In this document: one piece after another, positions 19,483 to 32,265 of the stretch
Layout of the letters: the number at the start of each line of letters is the position of its first letter
How positions within the stretch are numbered: the first letter of the stretch is position 1
Origin: Phoronis australis
Lineage: Eukaryota; Animalia; Phoronida
NCBI GenBank assembly: GCA_002633005.1
Contig: NMRA01000290.1
Coordinates: forward strand, 457,121 to 521,120
Direction of reading: 5' to 3'
DNA: 64,000 bases
Program-made: the position numbers and the translations under genes
Notes under the pieces: model-generated
What the model saw: the letters and a program-made list of their open reading frames with translations, nothing else
The model's database searches: none
What the model was told of the DNA's origin: nothing

Positions 19483-19628
19483 CATGGGCGGCGCGCCATA
19501 GGGGACTGGGGCTATAGCCGCTTTTTTCAGTGCTACGCCGCACATGGTCTCTAGGAGGTGCACCACGGGGGGGGGGGGCTGAGGAGGCTTTAGTCCCCCC
19601 ACTTTTTTTCATTGCTGCGCCGCCCATG
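19483..19628. mobile_element. 146-bp MITE with 12-bp TIRs and 5-bp TSD
   Basis: catgggcggcgc (19483-19494) / gcgccgcccatg (19617-19628), flanked by taagt at 19478-19482 and 19629-19633. Confidence 0.85.
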
Positions 19629-19848
19629 TAAGTGTCTCTCAGTTGTCAAACAGAATTACAAGTTTATCAAACAACGATTTCTTTATCGGTTACCTTCTCG
19701 CGCCACCTGTTGTCCACTCTCTTCAAGTCCACTAATTTAGGTGCACGGTAGCTCTAATTAACAGCGTTCTTTTGTCATTTCATTTTTTTCTCCGACACCT
19801 ATATTTCGTTTTCCTACACTTCACAGTTCTTGTTTTGTAAATGCATTT

Positions 19849-19972
19849 CGGTTTTCGTATGTCTCGTTTTCTACTCTCTGTCAGATACCGTACATCAGAT
19901 CTGTTTGTTGCGGTTTTCGTATGTCTCGTTTTCTACTCTCTGTCAGATACCGTACATCAGATCTGTTTGTTG
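19849..19972. repeat. Perfect 62-bp tandem duplication
   Basis: cggttttcgtatgtctcgttttctactctctgtcagataccgtacatcagatctgtttgttg occurs at 19849-19910 and 19911-19972. Confidence 0.9.
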
Positions 19973-20219
19973 CTCACTTTAAGGAGAAAAAAAGTGTTCA
20001 TTAGAGAACCTTTGCGATACTAAAATACTAATTAACTTTGAACTAAACTGACATTATTATTAATAAATTAACTTTCTAGTTTTTCAAAAATCCAAACAAA
20101 AATCGTACCAAGCTTTTGGATACATGATAAATTTTCTTTCCCGGCAAAAGGATTTCAATCAGCCTAGGTCAATCATTTACTAAAGGAGTTGTTTTGTTGT
20201 GAATGTAAAATGTGACACA

Positions 20220-21473
20220 ATGACCCTTTTTGAAGGTTGGCGGCAAAATTCATTGCATAGTCTCTTAGATCACCAGCCTTTTCTCGTCAACGGCGACACC
20301 TGGCGAAAAAAACCACCGCTCTTCGTCAGTAGTTGGTGTAACAGACGCTCCACTGACTCCTTCTCTGAGCCTTGCAAGAACGCATCTTTCAACCAACACT
20401 GTCCCTACTCTAGTGTCTTTCTTGGTTGTATTTTCGGCTTGCACGAAGACGACTGCGCACTGGAGGCTGGAAAGGTACATGGATACTACGCTTTCTGGTT
20501 CCCAGTACCCGCGGTTGCATGAAACAGTCCCAAGATGCGTGAGGGACTCAGCTGAACATGTGCCGGTAGTTGGTGAAGTTGAGATTATCGCGGATCTGAC
20601 GAAGCAGGACCTGATGAAACGGCGCCACAGAGCGGCTGCTTTGGTTAGCAACATCCCAATTAGTACCTTACGATAGGGGTGTGTGTGACGCAATAAGATC
20701 TAGATTCGGACACACATCACAACATATCTCTTCATTTGTTAGAAGTGATGATGTCGTCGAGCAATAAAGAAGATGTAAAAAGTTGTATAGCTAAATACAT
20801 TGTGTTTTGCAAAGAACACGGTGAGAGGAATAATGTGGATAAGTATTTAGCGAGAAAGGCTCAAAAGCACAGTCATTTTGTCGCTCATCATCACGCCACA
20901 TATTCAGGAAGCTATGAATTCCACCGATCCCGAGCGTGTTAAACAGGTCATTCAAATGGCTGAGGCAGAGGACCTTGTCACTGTCCTTCAAGCGGAAGAG
21001 CGTGATGCGCGAAAACATCTGGATGGTTTGTTTAATATCGAATCAACCACAAGAGCAATCATGATTAAGTTGAAACGCGTCTACGAAAATAAGAAACTTT
21101 GCTGGAACCCAGCCCGCAATATTCACGATGTGCTCGTTGCAACATTTATGATGTTAGGACACCCATAAGAGTCCCTGAAGAACTGGAACGCGTGCATACC
21201 TCTATGCAACATGACAAAAACGCGAGAGACATTAATTTCAAAATGAATGGCGTCACCGTTATAAGAGCTAAGAAAGCCTTGGCAATCTTAGAGGGCAATA
21301 CCGAGACCGATATTGCGGCAACAAGTGTTGCTGTGTCCATGCTGTTTCAATGGATCCACCAAGCATGCGCAGAACGCCTAAGTGTTTTTTCTCTGCAACG
21401 TTTTAGCGCAGAAAGTTTACGAGGGTGGCACCAAAGGCGCCTTGTTTCACTATCTTCGGCATTGTCTTTTTAA
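20220..21473 (+). pseudogene. Intronless frameshifted coding remnant of unknown identity (virus-like or transposon cargo)
   Basis: Successive overlapping + ORFs (20413-20676, 20736-20942, 20878-21168, 21099-21473) join by frameshifts into protein-like helical text: ...KSCIAKYIVFCKEHGERNNVDKYLARK / TPHIQEAMNSTDPERVKQVIQMAEAEDL...ARNIHDVLVATFMMLGHP / IRVPEELERVHTSMQHDK... The region is more GC/CpG-rich than its flanks. Confidence 0.5.
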
Positions 21474-21737
21474 GTCCATCGCCAGTTGAAGGTACTCTTT
21501 AAGAGGTATGTCTCCTTGTCCTTCTTCATGGAGGAAATCTTCCTCGCACCCATCACGTGGGTGTACTTTATCCGCAACGTTCTTGCGCAGACGGTTTGCG
21601 AGGCCGTCACAACCACGGCTTGTTTCACCATCTACGGCATTGGCTTTTAAGTCGATCGCCGCCTGCAGATGCTCTTCAAGAGGTATGTATTCTCGCTCTT
21701 CCTTTCCCAAGTCCTGTCCAGTGTTAAAACGAGGCAT
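21450..21737 (-). CDS. Short intronless ORF with internal repeat, convergent on the preceding remnant; unknown function
   Basis: MPRFNTGQDLGKEEREYIPLEEHLQAAIDLK...GDIPLKEYLQLAMDLKRQCRR carries the repeated motif IPLxExLQxAxDLK. It overlaps the end of the + strand ORF. Confidence 0.4.
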   Translation of the reverse strand: MPRFNTGQDLGKEEREYIPLEEHLQAAIDLKANAVDGETSRGCDGLANRLRKNVADKVHPRDGCEEDFLHEEGQGDIPLKEYLQLAMDLKRQCRR

Positions 21738-22129
21738 TGTGTGTTTAACTATGCAAAACAATCATTTTTTGTAGCGCCACCAATGTGTGCAAGTAGTGAA
21801 TATATACTGGTGTTTTTAATTACTTTTGTACCGATCGATGCTATTTGCCTAACAAGTCGCCAAATAACTATTTTCCTCTTTAACGGACAGGTCGGTTAAG
21901 TTGATAGAGAACCGACAAAGCATTCAACAGACATTCGAAATGAAAGCCATCATAGACGTTGACTCAATTACATGATTCTACTGCCAATATTCATGAACAT
22001 CAATAAGTAGCACAGTCCTTTCAAAAAGTCAAAGCAAACAAGGTGAACACGATTACTTTTACATTGTCACTTTTTTAAAAGTGACAATTTAAAAATTGTT
22101 CGTGCGCTTTATCTAGCTGTGTTCAAGCG

Positions 22130-22280
22130 TAAGATTATGTATGTAGGACCTCAACGACAAAACGGTTAATTTTGCCAAATATCTACAAAACTCTATAATT
22201 TACCTCAGGCAAAGTATACGTTTTGAAAGTCGAAATTCCGTAGAATTTGATTTTGGCGTTATCCCAATCTGGCATTAATT
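22130..22280. mobile_element. Fragment of the same TTAA-type MITE family as 29527-31972
   Basis: atgtaggacc...caaatatctacaaaa...ttttgaaagt...cgtagaattt...tttggc parallels the left arm of the 29527 element. A similar start occurs at ~4981. Confidence 0.5.
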
Positions 22281-23459
22281 TGGTCAAAACAGCAACACGA
22301 GCAAATTTCGTACCATATAAATGTTCAATATGAAATTAAAAAAGCTTTATATTTTTCTATATTATCGTTTCGTTTTAATTTTTATGCAACTTTATTTTTT
22401 ATAAAAATCATACAAGTCCTATTTTTGATAGCCCCTTATGCAAAAGTGGAAATTTTTAAATCATTTCCGAAAACATTTTGGAGAACAGTGCATCACGCAC
22501 CTGAAAGCTTCATTCTCCAACAACTGAGCCATTTCCGAGGTACTGTGTTCCGAAGTTGGCCAAAATTGTAGTGCCCTAGCTTGAAGCTAACCGGCGGTCA
22601 TAAGTTCTCACTATGCGGCATTCACGGCTGATGACCGCGAAAACAAGAGTTTCTTTATTAAATGTCGGCTCTGTCTCGCTCTACGTCCCATGCGCGCACC
22701 CAGCCTAAAATATATTGGGTTCGAATTTTTCGGTATGCGGCCTTTTACTGAAAAAAAGGGGACCAAAACCCGGTACTACGTACAGACCCGATGAATCTAC
22801 ATAAATGCGCCGAATTCCTGTAGACTTTTGTCTCGTTTCCTCGGTATTTTTGTTTCTCTGAGGCGGTCCTTTTTCCCCAGCGTTAATTTGGTAGTACTAA
22901 AGACGCCTGATTTTTTTATCTCCGAATACACGCCCATGGGCTTAGCGATGGCGAAAAATCCCGGTAGCCCGCGACGCGCTCCGCGAACCGTGGTGCCTTT
23001 CGCCTATAGTCTGCACTAAGACTCGACTAAGAGGTTGTGAGTTCCCTAACTCTTTGCGTACGGATTCGTTCTTTGCTCACAGATGTAATATTTTCTATCA
23101 CTTTATCTTGATTAGGAGCTCCTTTCTTACTATTGACATTTTTCCAACAATACTAACGGAGCCCAAAGCCGCGGGTTGCCGCGGGCTCCCCGGCTACACA
23201 ACGTAGCGGAGTTCACTCTCCATTTGTATCAACTCCAAAAATGACCAAGTGATGAGACTCAAACAGCAGAAAAAGGGACAACCACTGTTTTCACAAGATC
23301 GTAAATACACATTAGACCTATTGGGTCTGTTTCATGCAAACGTGGCTGACTTGACTGATTTTCATTGATATCGTGGTTCAGCGAAGTAGACGGCTATTAC
23401 GCATGTCCTTTTCCGGGTGACCTCCGAGCCAAAGGTTAACCACAGGAAAATCGGCCACC

Positions 23460-26400
23460 ATGAATGAAGACAGCAAGCCCCTACACATTGCTACCCCACT
23501 ACTGCGGAGTACAGCAATAAGCGATCACTGTGGGTTCGATGTATACCTCAAGTTGGAAAATAACCAACCAGGTGGCTCGTTCAAGATCAGAGGCATTGGG
23601 AATTTGGTTCAAAAGGTGTTAGTTTTTTTATGAATGCACATGTGATTTCTTAGCCTGCACAGCTGTAGGACCTATACTAAAATTATGGGCCTTGTCTTCA
23701 TAATGCTGGCAGCCTCGTGATTTCTCTGGCCCTGGCCCGGGTTAGTTAGCGCTAGCGGTGGATATGTCTTTTGAACTTGAACATGTTAGTTTTGAATTTG
23801 TAGGCATTGCAGGTGTTCAGTTATTATCTATGAATCTGTTTTTTGGAAAATTATTGCTTTACTAATTTGAGCACTGAACTGTCAACACATTTCCTTCTGT
23901 ATTATGTCATTTAGGCCTATTTAATGTGCCTGTCTTCCATTTCACAGCCAGACAGCTATAGCTAGCTATGATGAAGATCAAAGTTAAAATACAGATAGGA
24001 ACTGCTGTGAGTTAACCTGAGGTAGACTTAATTTCACACTGCTCGTGTAGTTCTGCCCATCTCCTTGTAGTAAAATTTATATTGGCATTGTAGAGGTAAC
24101 GACCAGCGTGCATGCAAAATCTGGTAGTCAACCGATACTCACCTTGTTCGTTGCAGCCGTTTAGTGAAAAACACTCTAGTCAATGACATTTTCATGTATA
24201 ATTCTCTGGTTTTTGTCACAAAGTCTGTCATAAACTTGACGTGTGCACGCTTTAATTTTTTGGTGACATATAATCTTTCAAGAGATGATGACTATCTCTT
24301 CACCGAAGAAAATTTTGTTCAGAAATTCAGTTTGCTGACCAGTGTTAAAATACTGAAAACTTAACGAAACGAACTGAAAGCAAATCTGATAATTTGTGAT
24401 GTGTCCGCAACCTTTTGGAAGAAGAATTGGGGAAAAAAGAAATTGGCCAATAGGTGGTACTCTATTTCATGGCCCTGAAAGTCGACTTACCTTATCACTC
24501 CACAACTTTACCTGCAGAATAACGGTTGAATAGCAAGTTTTTAGCAGTTGTAATTAATTTAGTTTACTCATGATGGAGTGTAGTTTCTTTGTTAAGCATT
24601 ACATTAATTTTGTGTCAGGTTTTATTTAGCCAGTTTTTTATTACCCACATCAGTGCAAAAACTGTATTAATATACCAAGGCTACCGTTTCGCATGAGAAG
24701 TGGTCTAACGTTTTGGACCAATTCCTGGTATAATGTACCTTACATGAAGGGCAGCATATTCTGTGTACGCGGTTAAGTGTAAATTAATAAGTCTTTCAAA
24801 AGTGAATATGCCCCAACAATGAAAAGTGAACAACTGTTTTAACTACCAACAGTACCAAATGCAAAGAACCGAGGGGAAACAAAAATATTTTTAAGGAAGG
24901 CAGTGATGAATGTCACATGAGCTTTTAACCATTGGTTTGTTCAATCACTGCATGTCACACGAATAGACATTATTCTATTGTAAAGGGGATACTCTAATTG
25001 TTGGTCTTATCTACTCTGGCTGTCTAAGGGAAGAATGTTACTGATATTTTGTATTATTTTTTTTAAAGATTTATGGAACTTAAAAAAAGTCATTAAAACT
25101 TACATCAGTTATGAAGAAGTTTTTCACCAATTATTTTTATGAGCTTTTTACATTCCGTAGCCTTTTAATTACATTGAATACATCACTACCACTGACTACA
25201 CAAGGGTTAACTGTCGCTGATATCAGTATGTTCTCTGTTAGGCAGTGCGTACTGGATGCACTGGAATAGTGTGTTCTTCTGGGGGTAATGCTGGTATGGC
25301 AGCGGCCTGTGCAGCCAGGCAGTGCGGAGTGCATGCCACCATCATTGTGCCAGAGTCCACGCCGCAGGTGGTTATAGAAAAGCTGCGTAAGGAGGTAAGT
25401 ACTCTATGAACCTGAGACTAAAGTCAAAAATTAACCTATCACATTGTGTTAAATTTGAAGTTTTATCAAAGCCTGCTCAATTTTTTAGTCTTCTTCAGTA
25501 AAGCTTGATAGTTGGGAACTCAACATTGCAGGTAATCTATATACAGACATTTAGGTGTAATAGTCACTTGCAGGGGTTCTGCATTTCGTAAACTAGTTTT
25601 CTCCACTGAAAAATGGGCACCAAACTGGTTCTCAGAAGTCGGCTGCACTGACACATGTGCGTGCATTTGAAGGTGCGCCTATAACTGAACTGAAGCACAA
25701 GTAAAACTTGATTAAACCTTAGAAGCTAATTTACGACATGTGAATGAAAGTTGAATAATCTGTTGTTATATGAAGAAATGCTTACAAGCTTTCGTTTTGA
25801 GGTCAAGTAAGTTAAAAGTGCAAAGAATGGAGAACAAATTCAGCTTAGGAGAGGTGCCTGTACAATGTGTGCTTAGATTTGTGCATATCCTTATGTGAAA
25901 CACTGAATGAGCTAAAGTGATTTTTTTTCAAAAATGCATCATTTTGAATTTAAGCTTATGAGCTTAACTACTCGTGTACATGATGAAAAAGCTTGAGTTA
26001 TGAATTTTTAAAAAAATATTATTCTCTGATGTTTCATTACACCATGCATTTTGAATTTCAGAAAGCTGAGGTGGAAGTGTTTGGCAAAGTGTGGGACTTT
26101 GCCAACAAAAGGGCTCTGGAAGTTGCTGAGGACCCTAGTGTGGCTTATGTTCCCCCGTTTGACCATCCAGACATTTGGTAGGCCCTTGACTTAGTTGCAC
26201 TGCCTGTTCTTTGCAGAGCTGCTTTTTGTGTTCAAATGCTGCCTAAAGCCAAATTGGGAATCATAATAAAAACTCCTTATTTAGGATTGCTTTCTCAGTT
26301 TGGGACACTTGAAATTATCAGAAAAAAGTGTAAAGTTTGCACTTTTGATGGTTCAAATTTAGTGTAGAAAGTCATGCCCCTAAGATCCCACTGGACTAAA

Positions 26401-29400
26401 AAAATGTGGGATTTGTTGGGATGAAAGTTTGTTTTCTGGTAACAAGAAGAAGAGGACAGCTGTAAGAGTTTCAATTGCAGTTGCACTTTGCATTTCTTAC
26501 AATAAAATTGCTGCATTGTTGTTGCAAAAATGCATTAAAATTTTAACTGTGTTCTACTTGAGGGAATGACATTGTCTCTATTTACACAGTTTTCCAACTG
26601 CTCTCAAATCAACTTATGCTTGGTCCTTCCCAAGAAGAAGAGATGACACAATGTTAATATCAAGGAAATACTTTTGTAATGAATATCATATTTATTTGTG
26701 AAATTACATACTAATATAGTCCCACATTTTGAACTTAAATTTTTTGATCGTCGCAGGGCAGGACATGCTTCTATGATGGCTGAGGTTAAAGACTGTTTAC
26801 CTGAGAAACCAAGTGTCATCATTACCTGTGTTGGAGGTGGCGGTCTGCTTTGTGGTATTACCCAGGGCCTCCGTGACATTGGCTGGACTGATGTGCCTGT
26901 TGTCGCCATGGAAACATATGGTGCCGATTGTTTTTACAAGGCAGTAGAAAGCGGAAAGCTGGTGACACTATCGGGTATAACAAGGTATGTCTTGCTTTAA
27001 ATGATTAATGCTAAAGTCAAATGTTATATGATTAATTTGTCTGTAATAAAATGTTTAAAGCTGTGTTGATACCGCTACTTTGGTCATGTGACTATTACCT
27101 TGAAACACCCGGTTCCACGGCATATGAGGATTGTTTTGATGTAATTTTGCAACGAATAAGCCATATGATAGCAGTCCTTGTTTGCTGTGGTTATACTGTG
27201 GTCATGGGTATTATTTTGGCTAAATAAGTTGCATCAGTCTTATTTTATCTTCCTTTTAAGTTAGTCATTTTTGACCACATGAAGTAGTGTTGGATTTAGC
27301 TTTAACACATCTTGTTTGGTGGTTTATTACCATACCGCCTCATAGGCGCACAAAAGTTTATTGGTAGTATATGCCCACACACATTTTTCAGTAGTCTGTT
27401 TCATTTACATTGTTGCATCTTCTGTGGATATGAATGGGTTTTACATGTATCCTGTTAAATACTGCTGTGACATACAGTCTGACCATGCACCAGTAAACAT
27501 GGCAATATGTCCAGTATATGACGATGTTGGTTTTGGGCCAAATAAGCAGTAGTAACCCCTGGCCAGCACAATTGTTGTAACACATGCACGCACACACACA
27601 CACATACACACACACGTCCAACATTTCAATGAAGTTCATTTCATCATTCTGTATGTTAACAACAATTGTTTTGGGCTTTCTATGTCCAGTACAGTATCAG
27701 TTACCATCTGTCACTCTCAAGCAAGTGTGCTCATGGTTTAAAGTTTGAGTGTGATATTGTATACAGGCTTTATGTTCAATTTAAAACAAAGGCAGCTGGA
27801 GTTGTGCAAAGTCACAGTCTTACATGTTAAAGAAATGTTTTCTTCAAGCATTGAAATCTGTCTACAATGTCACTACAGTAAAACTTGTATAAATTGGAAT
27901 CGGGACGTGCAGAAATTTGGTTTTTGCCACAGTTACCTCAGACAAAAGTCAGAGATGTGGTTGTTCTAGTTCATGCAGTGAACCCTACAAACTGGATTTC
28001 TATTTACTTTGATATCTTTCAGTCCAGTTGGATCCAACTTACGCCAGCTTTACTCTGTTGTTTAGTTCATTGCGACTGCTTTAAGATGATCTAAATATTA
28101 CTGTAGTAAAAATCACCCAGTGGGTTATTTGTTTACAGTGCAAGAGTATCTCATATCTAAAGATGAAAGTTGTTGCGGGAAACCACTTTTGTTTTGACTT
28201 AATTACATGCTAGCTTTTTTGCCTGTAAGAAATAATCTGGTCACTGAGTGGTCAGAGTATCTGTGTTTGATTCCTGGTTCTGGACAGGCGAGTTTTTTCA
28301 GACTGGCAAATAAAGCCTATGTAATTAGGCAAAAAAATGCAGTGCTCTCCTGCAACAATTTACATCATTGGAAAGATCGGATATAGTTAATTGTAAACGT
28401 GCTTCCAGAGAATGTATTGATTTCTTTTCTTTCTTTAGTGTGGCCAAAACTCTAGGAGCTCTGACACCAACGCAGCAAACTCTTGAATGTTACAGGCAAC
28501 ATCCCATAATACCAACTCGTGTCACTGACAAAGAGGCTATCGCTGCTTGCTTGAGGTTTTCTGGTGAGGGTGTTATTGTTTTTTCACTATCATGAGACTT
28601 TCCCATATTTTCACTTTTCAATGTATCTTCTTGTGTGCAAGATAATGCCTGCAACTGTCTTAGTTATGACTGGACTCAGGACCTTTGGTTAACGGGCGTT
28701 CCATCAACGCTCCAAACCTGCTTTCCGTTTGTTAATACTGGAAACCATGCTTAGGCATAAAATGACCGACCGTGACACATCATCTTAGGAATGGTCAATT
28801 CTTTCCAAGCCCAACTTCTAAGTTGATTAAGGAACAAGTTGAGACCAGCTTCAAAAGTGGTCAAAAGCGAGAGTTACGTTTTTGATTGGAGGCGGGTTTA
28901 ATTCAGAAATGAGAACCCTGGCTGTACTTGTACGTTCCTTGGGTCATTTCTTAATGGACTATGCAGAGCTCAACATGATAGCAAGTATTGTGTTATTATT
29001 CTTAGTTCACTGAAGGCATCCATTTGAAAGTAAAGTTGCTTTGTCTTCAACAGAAGGTGATTGAAAGTCACGGGTTTAAAGCGGCGTTTCAAGTCGAATC
29101 TCAATAAAAGTTTTGCGACATTAGGTTCAGCTGACATCGTCTTTCATATTGCTTTTGCTTTAAATTGCGTGCCATGAGATAAAAATCATTGAAATATTTT
29201 TTTTTTTCATTTTCTGTTGTCCTTTTGGATGATCACTGAGCTGATTTATGTGGTCAGACAATACCAGCGTGTGTGTGCTTACCGCTAAGGTGAAAAAGGC
29301 TCCTGTTCATCACAGGTTAAAGCAAGATTGCATGTGTACATTACTTGTTCGTAATTAGCGTTACTGTTATGGTGCACTCATGTTATTTCACTGGCAAGTC

Positions 29401-32265
29401 TTGTTTTGTTTAACCATCCTTTGTCAGAAGAAATAATGTGAATTAGCATTCCACAATTGAACTGTGACTGCGGCAGAGTGCATGAGCTGTTTGTTTTGGT
29501 GTCTCTAACTTGAAACTATTGTTTAAGGTTATGTAGAACCATATTGACCAGTTTGCGTATTTAGTCAAATATCTACAGAACAACAGATTTTATACCAGTT
29601 AATGTACATATTTTCTGAAAGTATTTAAGGAGAATGCCACTCAAAAAACAACCTAGTTTATATCAATTTAGATCGAGTAGTTCCACTCGATAACAGCAAG
29701 TACAGCTCTTTTACCTGATACCTGACGGCAGACGGAGGTGTTAAAATTAACCAATGACGTCAGAGGTTCGAATGCTGTCTGTTCAGCAGTTCACAACACG
29801 CTTACTGGTGTCAGCTTATCGCTCAAATTCATCGTTTTACACCAATAAATCATCAAAGCTTGATGTATAACCCTTTTAAATACGTCCAGTTATTGAACAA
29901 ATTTATTTCGCTATTACGGATTTCAGGTATTTGAACGTACCGTAGCCAACAACTGAAGTTCGGTAGGCCAATTGACCAAAGTCGGTTGCAGAGTTTGGGG
30001 TCTGTTCCGTGATAAATTCAAATTATTCGTCCGTGAAATACAGACAGGAGAACATAGCTGTGTGTTGTAATTTTAGACTTGCGATTTTTTCAGTTCTAAA
30101 CACACAAAACGCTTGCCATCCCGATCAGTGGCTCGGAACCTGATCAGGCCCATCGCTGGCGTACTGAAAACCTCATGAACATAAACCAGCCAAAGTTGGA
30201 AACTAAACTTGCAGTCATGAAAAGACTATACTAGTGAGCCAAAGAAAAAATGTGCATGTGATTATTTTGGTGAATTAGCCGCGAAATTACCAGCTCGACG
30301 GGGCCGTGAAGTCAGGTTCATTAGGCCTACCGACCCTTCCTCAGAACCATCAAGGCAAAAGTTGTACGGTAACAATGATTCGAATTATGAATATGAATAT
30401 CTAAATAAAGATTCCCCTAACGTCTGACCATAGGATATAAAATCGAGTTGTTTCGAAATAGCTTTCTGTCAGCAAACACTGAATTAGCATGCGCTCACAC
30501 GGACTCGGTGCCTGATCAATCAGTTTATTGCATCTAAAGCCAGTAATGCAGTGGTTTATTCATTGCAGGCTTCTCAAAACATTTGCACCCATGAACACTC
30601 CAAAGCTTTACAAACTGTATCTAACGAGACAGACTTTGTTTCAGATTTGTATAAGAATAATTTATTTTGAAACAGAACGCAAAATGATAAACGTCAACGT
30701 GGCAACTCCCAATCCTGACTTAGGCGAGTACTCATCCGACGAACATTTCACAGGTCGATCATTAGGTTTCACAGGCTATCAGTTCGAACCGTAATACACT
30801 GATCAAGAAATAATAGAGGGGCTCCGTGAACATGCATAGACAACAGAACAATGGATAGTTCTGAAAACTGTTTAAATGACTTGTCATGGTGTCAGTGAGC
30901 TAACTGCATGGTAACAGAAATGACTGACGCTTGTATTTGCTACCACGAAATTCCGAAAGTGAAATCTTTCTTGGAGAAGCGTGGATGTGTCTCACGGACG
31001 ATCCTGATTTTGCATCGCATCTAAACAGAGGTGTGCTTACGACGTTTTTTTGGGGCTGAGAAAAAGAACTGACAAAAACATCCTACACCCAGAGGACCAA
31101 ACAGAAGCCTGATGAACCAGTCAGTCATCAAACAGGTTATATAAAACATTATGTTCTCATGCCTTGAATGAATTGCAATTGTTTATGTTTTCATGGCCAA
31201 CTACAATTCTCCGTAATCAAAAACTGATCAACAACCGATCCAACAAAATGCAGGCCACTGACAGACACGGAGAAGTTTCACGGCCTCATACTTGGTATTA
31301 ACGGCACACTTTTCAATCTTCACTACCCTGAGCCACTTCCAAAGCATTATGGGCTCTCGAGAAATTCGAAAAAACGGTATACACGCTTTCCTCACAGCTA
31401 CTTATTTTGCATAAGCTGGAACGATACACCACACCATAACGGCACTCACTCGGCTGAAGAACCACTGACGTCGCTGCGTCGTTTCTCACCTTCCTCATAG
31501 GTTAACGTGGCGAGTTACGATCGACCATATACCAGGTGAAGTGGATATAGACCGTCACGGTAAAAAAGACACATTAAATCGGGTGGCATTCTCCTTGAAG
31601 CCTGTAGAATTTAAATTTTGGCATTTTACTAATCTGCCATTGAGTCACGTGACCGTGTCTTTTCATTAAAATTTAGGTAAATTGATAGCTAGGCAATGGT
31701 AATTTTGTATGATAAAAATCTTTAAGACAACATCTCAAAAAAGCTTTTACAGTTTCTAAAATATTTCGTTTTGTGCCACTTCAGATTTTTTTTCATGAAA
31801 ATCATGCAAGTCCCGTTTTTTATAGGACCTCGTGCAAAAGCGGAACATTTTAAAATCAATTTCTAAGAGCATTTGAAGAACTGTGCATAAAACAGTATAT
31901 GAAAATTTCATCCGGTCAGTCATTTCTGAAATGTTCTGAAATTTTGTAATTTTTCTATGGTCCTTCATAACCTTAAGTTGTTGATTTGGGCCACCGAAAG
32001 TGTACAGTATCTTTAATTTGTTAAAGATAACCATAAACTATTTGCTTTTTCCATTTTCATTTCTCTCGCTATTTCAGATGATCATCGAATCCTCGTAGAA
32101 CCTTCATGTGGGTCTGCTCTGGCTGCTGTATATTCAGATACTCTCAAGAAGTTGCAAGATTCACAGAAATTGGGGCCGGTGAAATCAGTCGTCGTCGTTG
32201 TGTGTGGAGGCAACGGTGTGAATTTGGATTTGCTTGAGAAATGGAGGAAGGAATTTGATTTATAG
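23460..32265 (+). CDS. SDS: L-serine dehydratase/L-threonine deaminase (SDS/SDSL family, PLP fold II), complete, 6 exons, 321 aa
   Basis: Exons 23460-23615 (gccaccATG), 25242-25394, 26062-26177, 26757-26984, 28439-28563, 32078-32265, all phases consistent (966 nt). Motifs: YLKLENNQPGGSFKIRG (PLP lysine), SSGGNAG, PPFDHPDIWAGH, VGGGGLLCG, VAKTLGA, LVEPSCG, VVVVCGG. Confidence 0.96.
27581..27615. repeat. (CA)n microsatellite, imperfect
   Basis: cacatgcacgcacacacacacacatacacacacac. Confidence 0.8.
29527..31972. mobile_element. TTAA-flanked non-autonomous DNA element (outer MITE), interrupted by a Kolobok-like insertion
   Basis: TTAA|ggttatgtagaaccata ... tatggtccttcataacc|TTAA (TSDs 29523-29526 and 31973-31976). 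Located in SDS intron 5. Confidence 0.75.
29629..31594. mobile_element. Internally deleted Kolobok-like DNA transposon (THAP remnant on -, KolX/P2X7-ballast-like remnant on +)
   Basis: Perfect TIR ggagaatgccac / gtggcattctcc with TTAA (29625-29628) and TTGA (31595-31598) flanks. The + strand ~30684-31050 reads GYQFEP*YTDQE.../DLSWCQ*ANCMVTEMTDACICYHEIPKV. The - strand from ATG 31437 reads MVWCIVP...PFFRISREP..LWKWLRVV...LRVC/GLHF (THAP-like). Confidence 0.75.

Noticed and set aside
19849-19972. CRISPR-like repeat
   Set aside because: Two adjacent copies with no spacer, in a eukaryotic context; a simple tandem duplication.
30792-30900. In-frame TAA/TAG/TGA in the KolX-like ORF as recoding (TGA in place of Cys as selenocysteine)
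   Set aside because: Multiple different stops and frameshifts indicate ordinary decay; no SECIS-like support.
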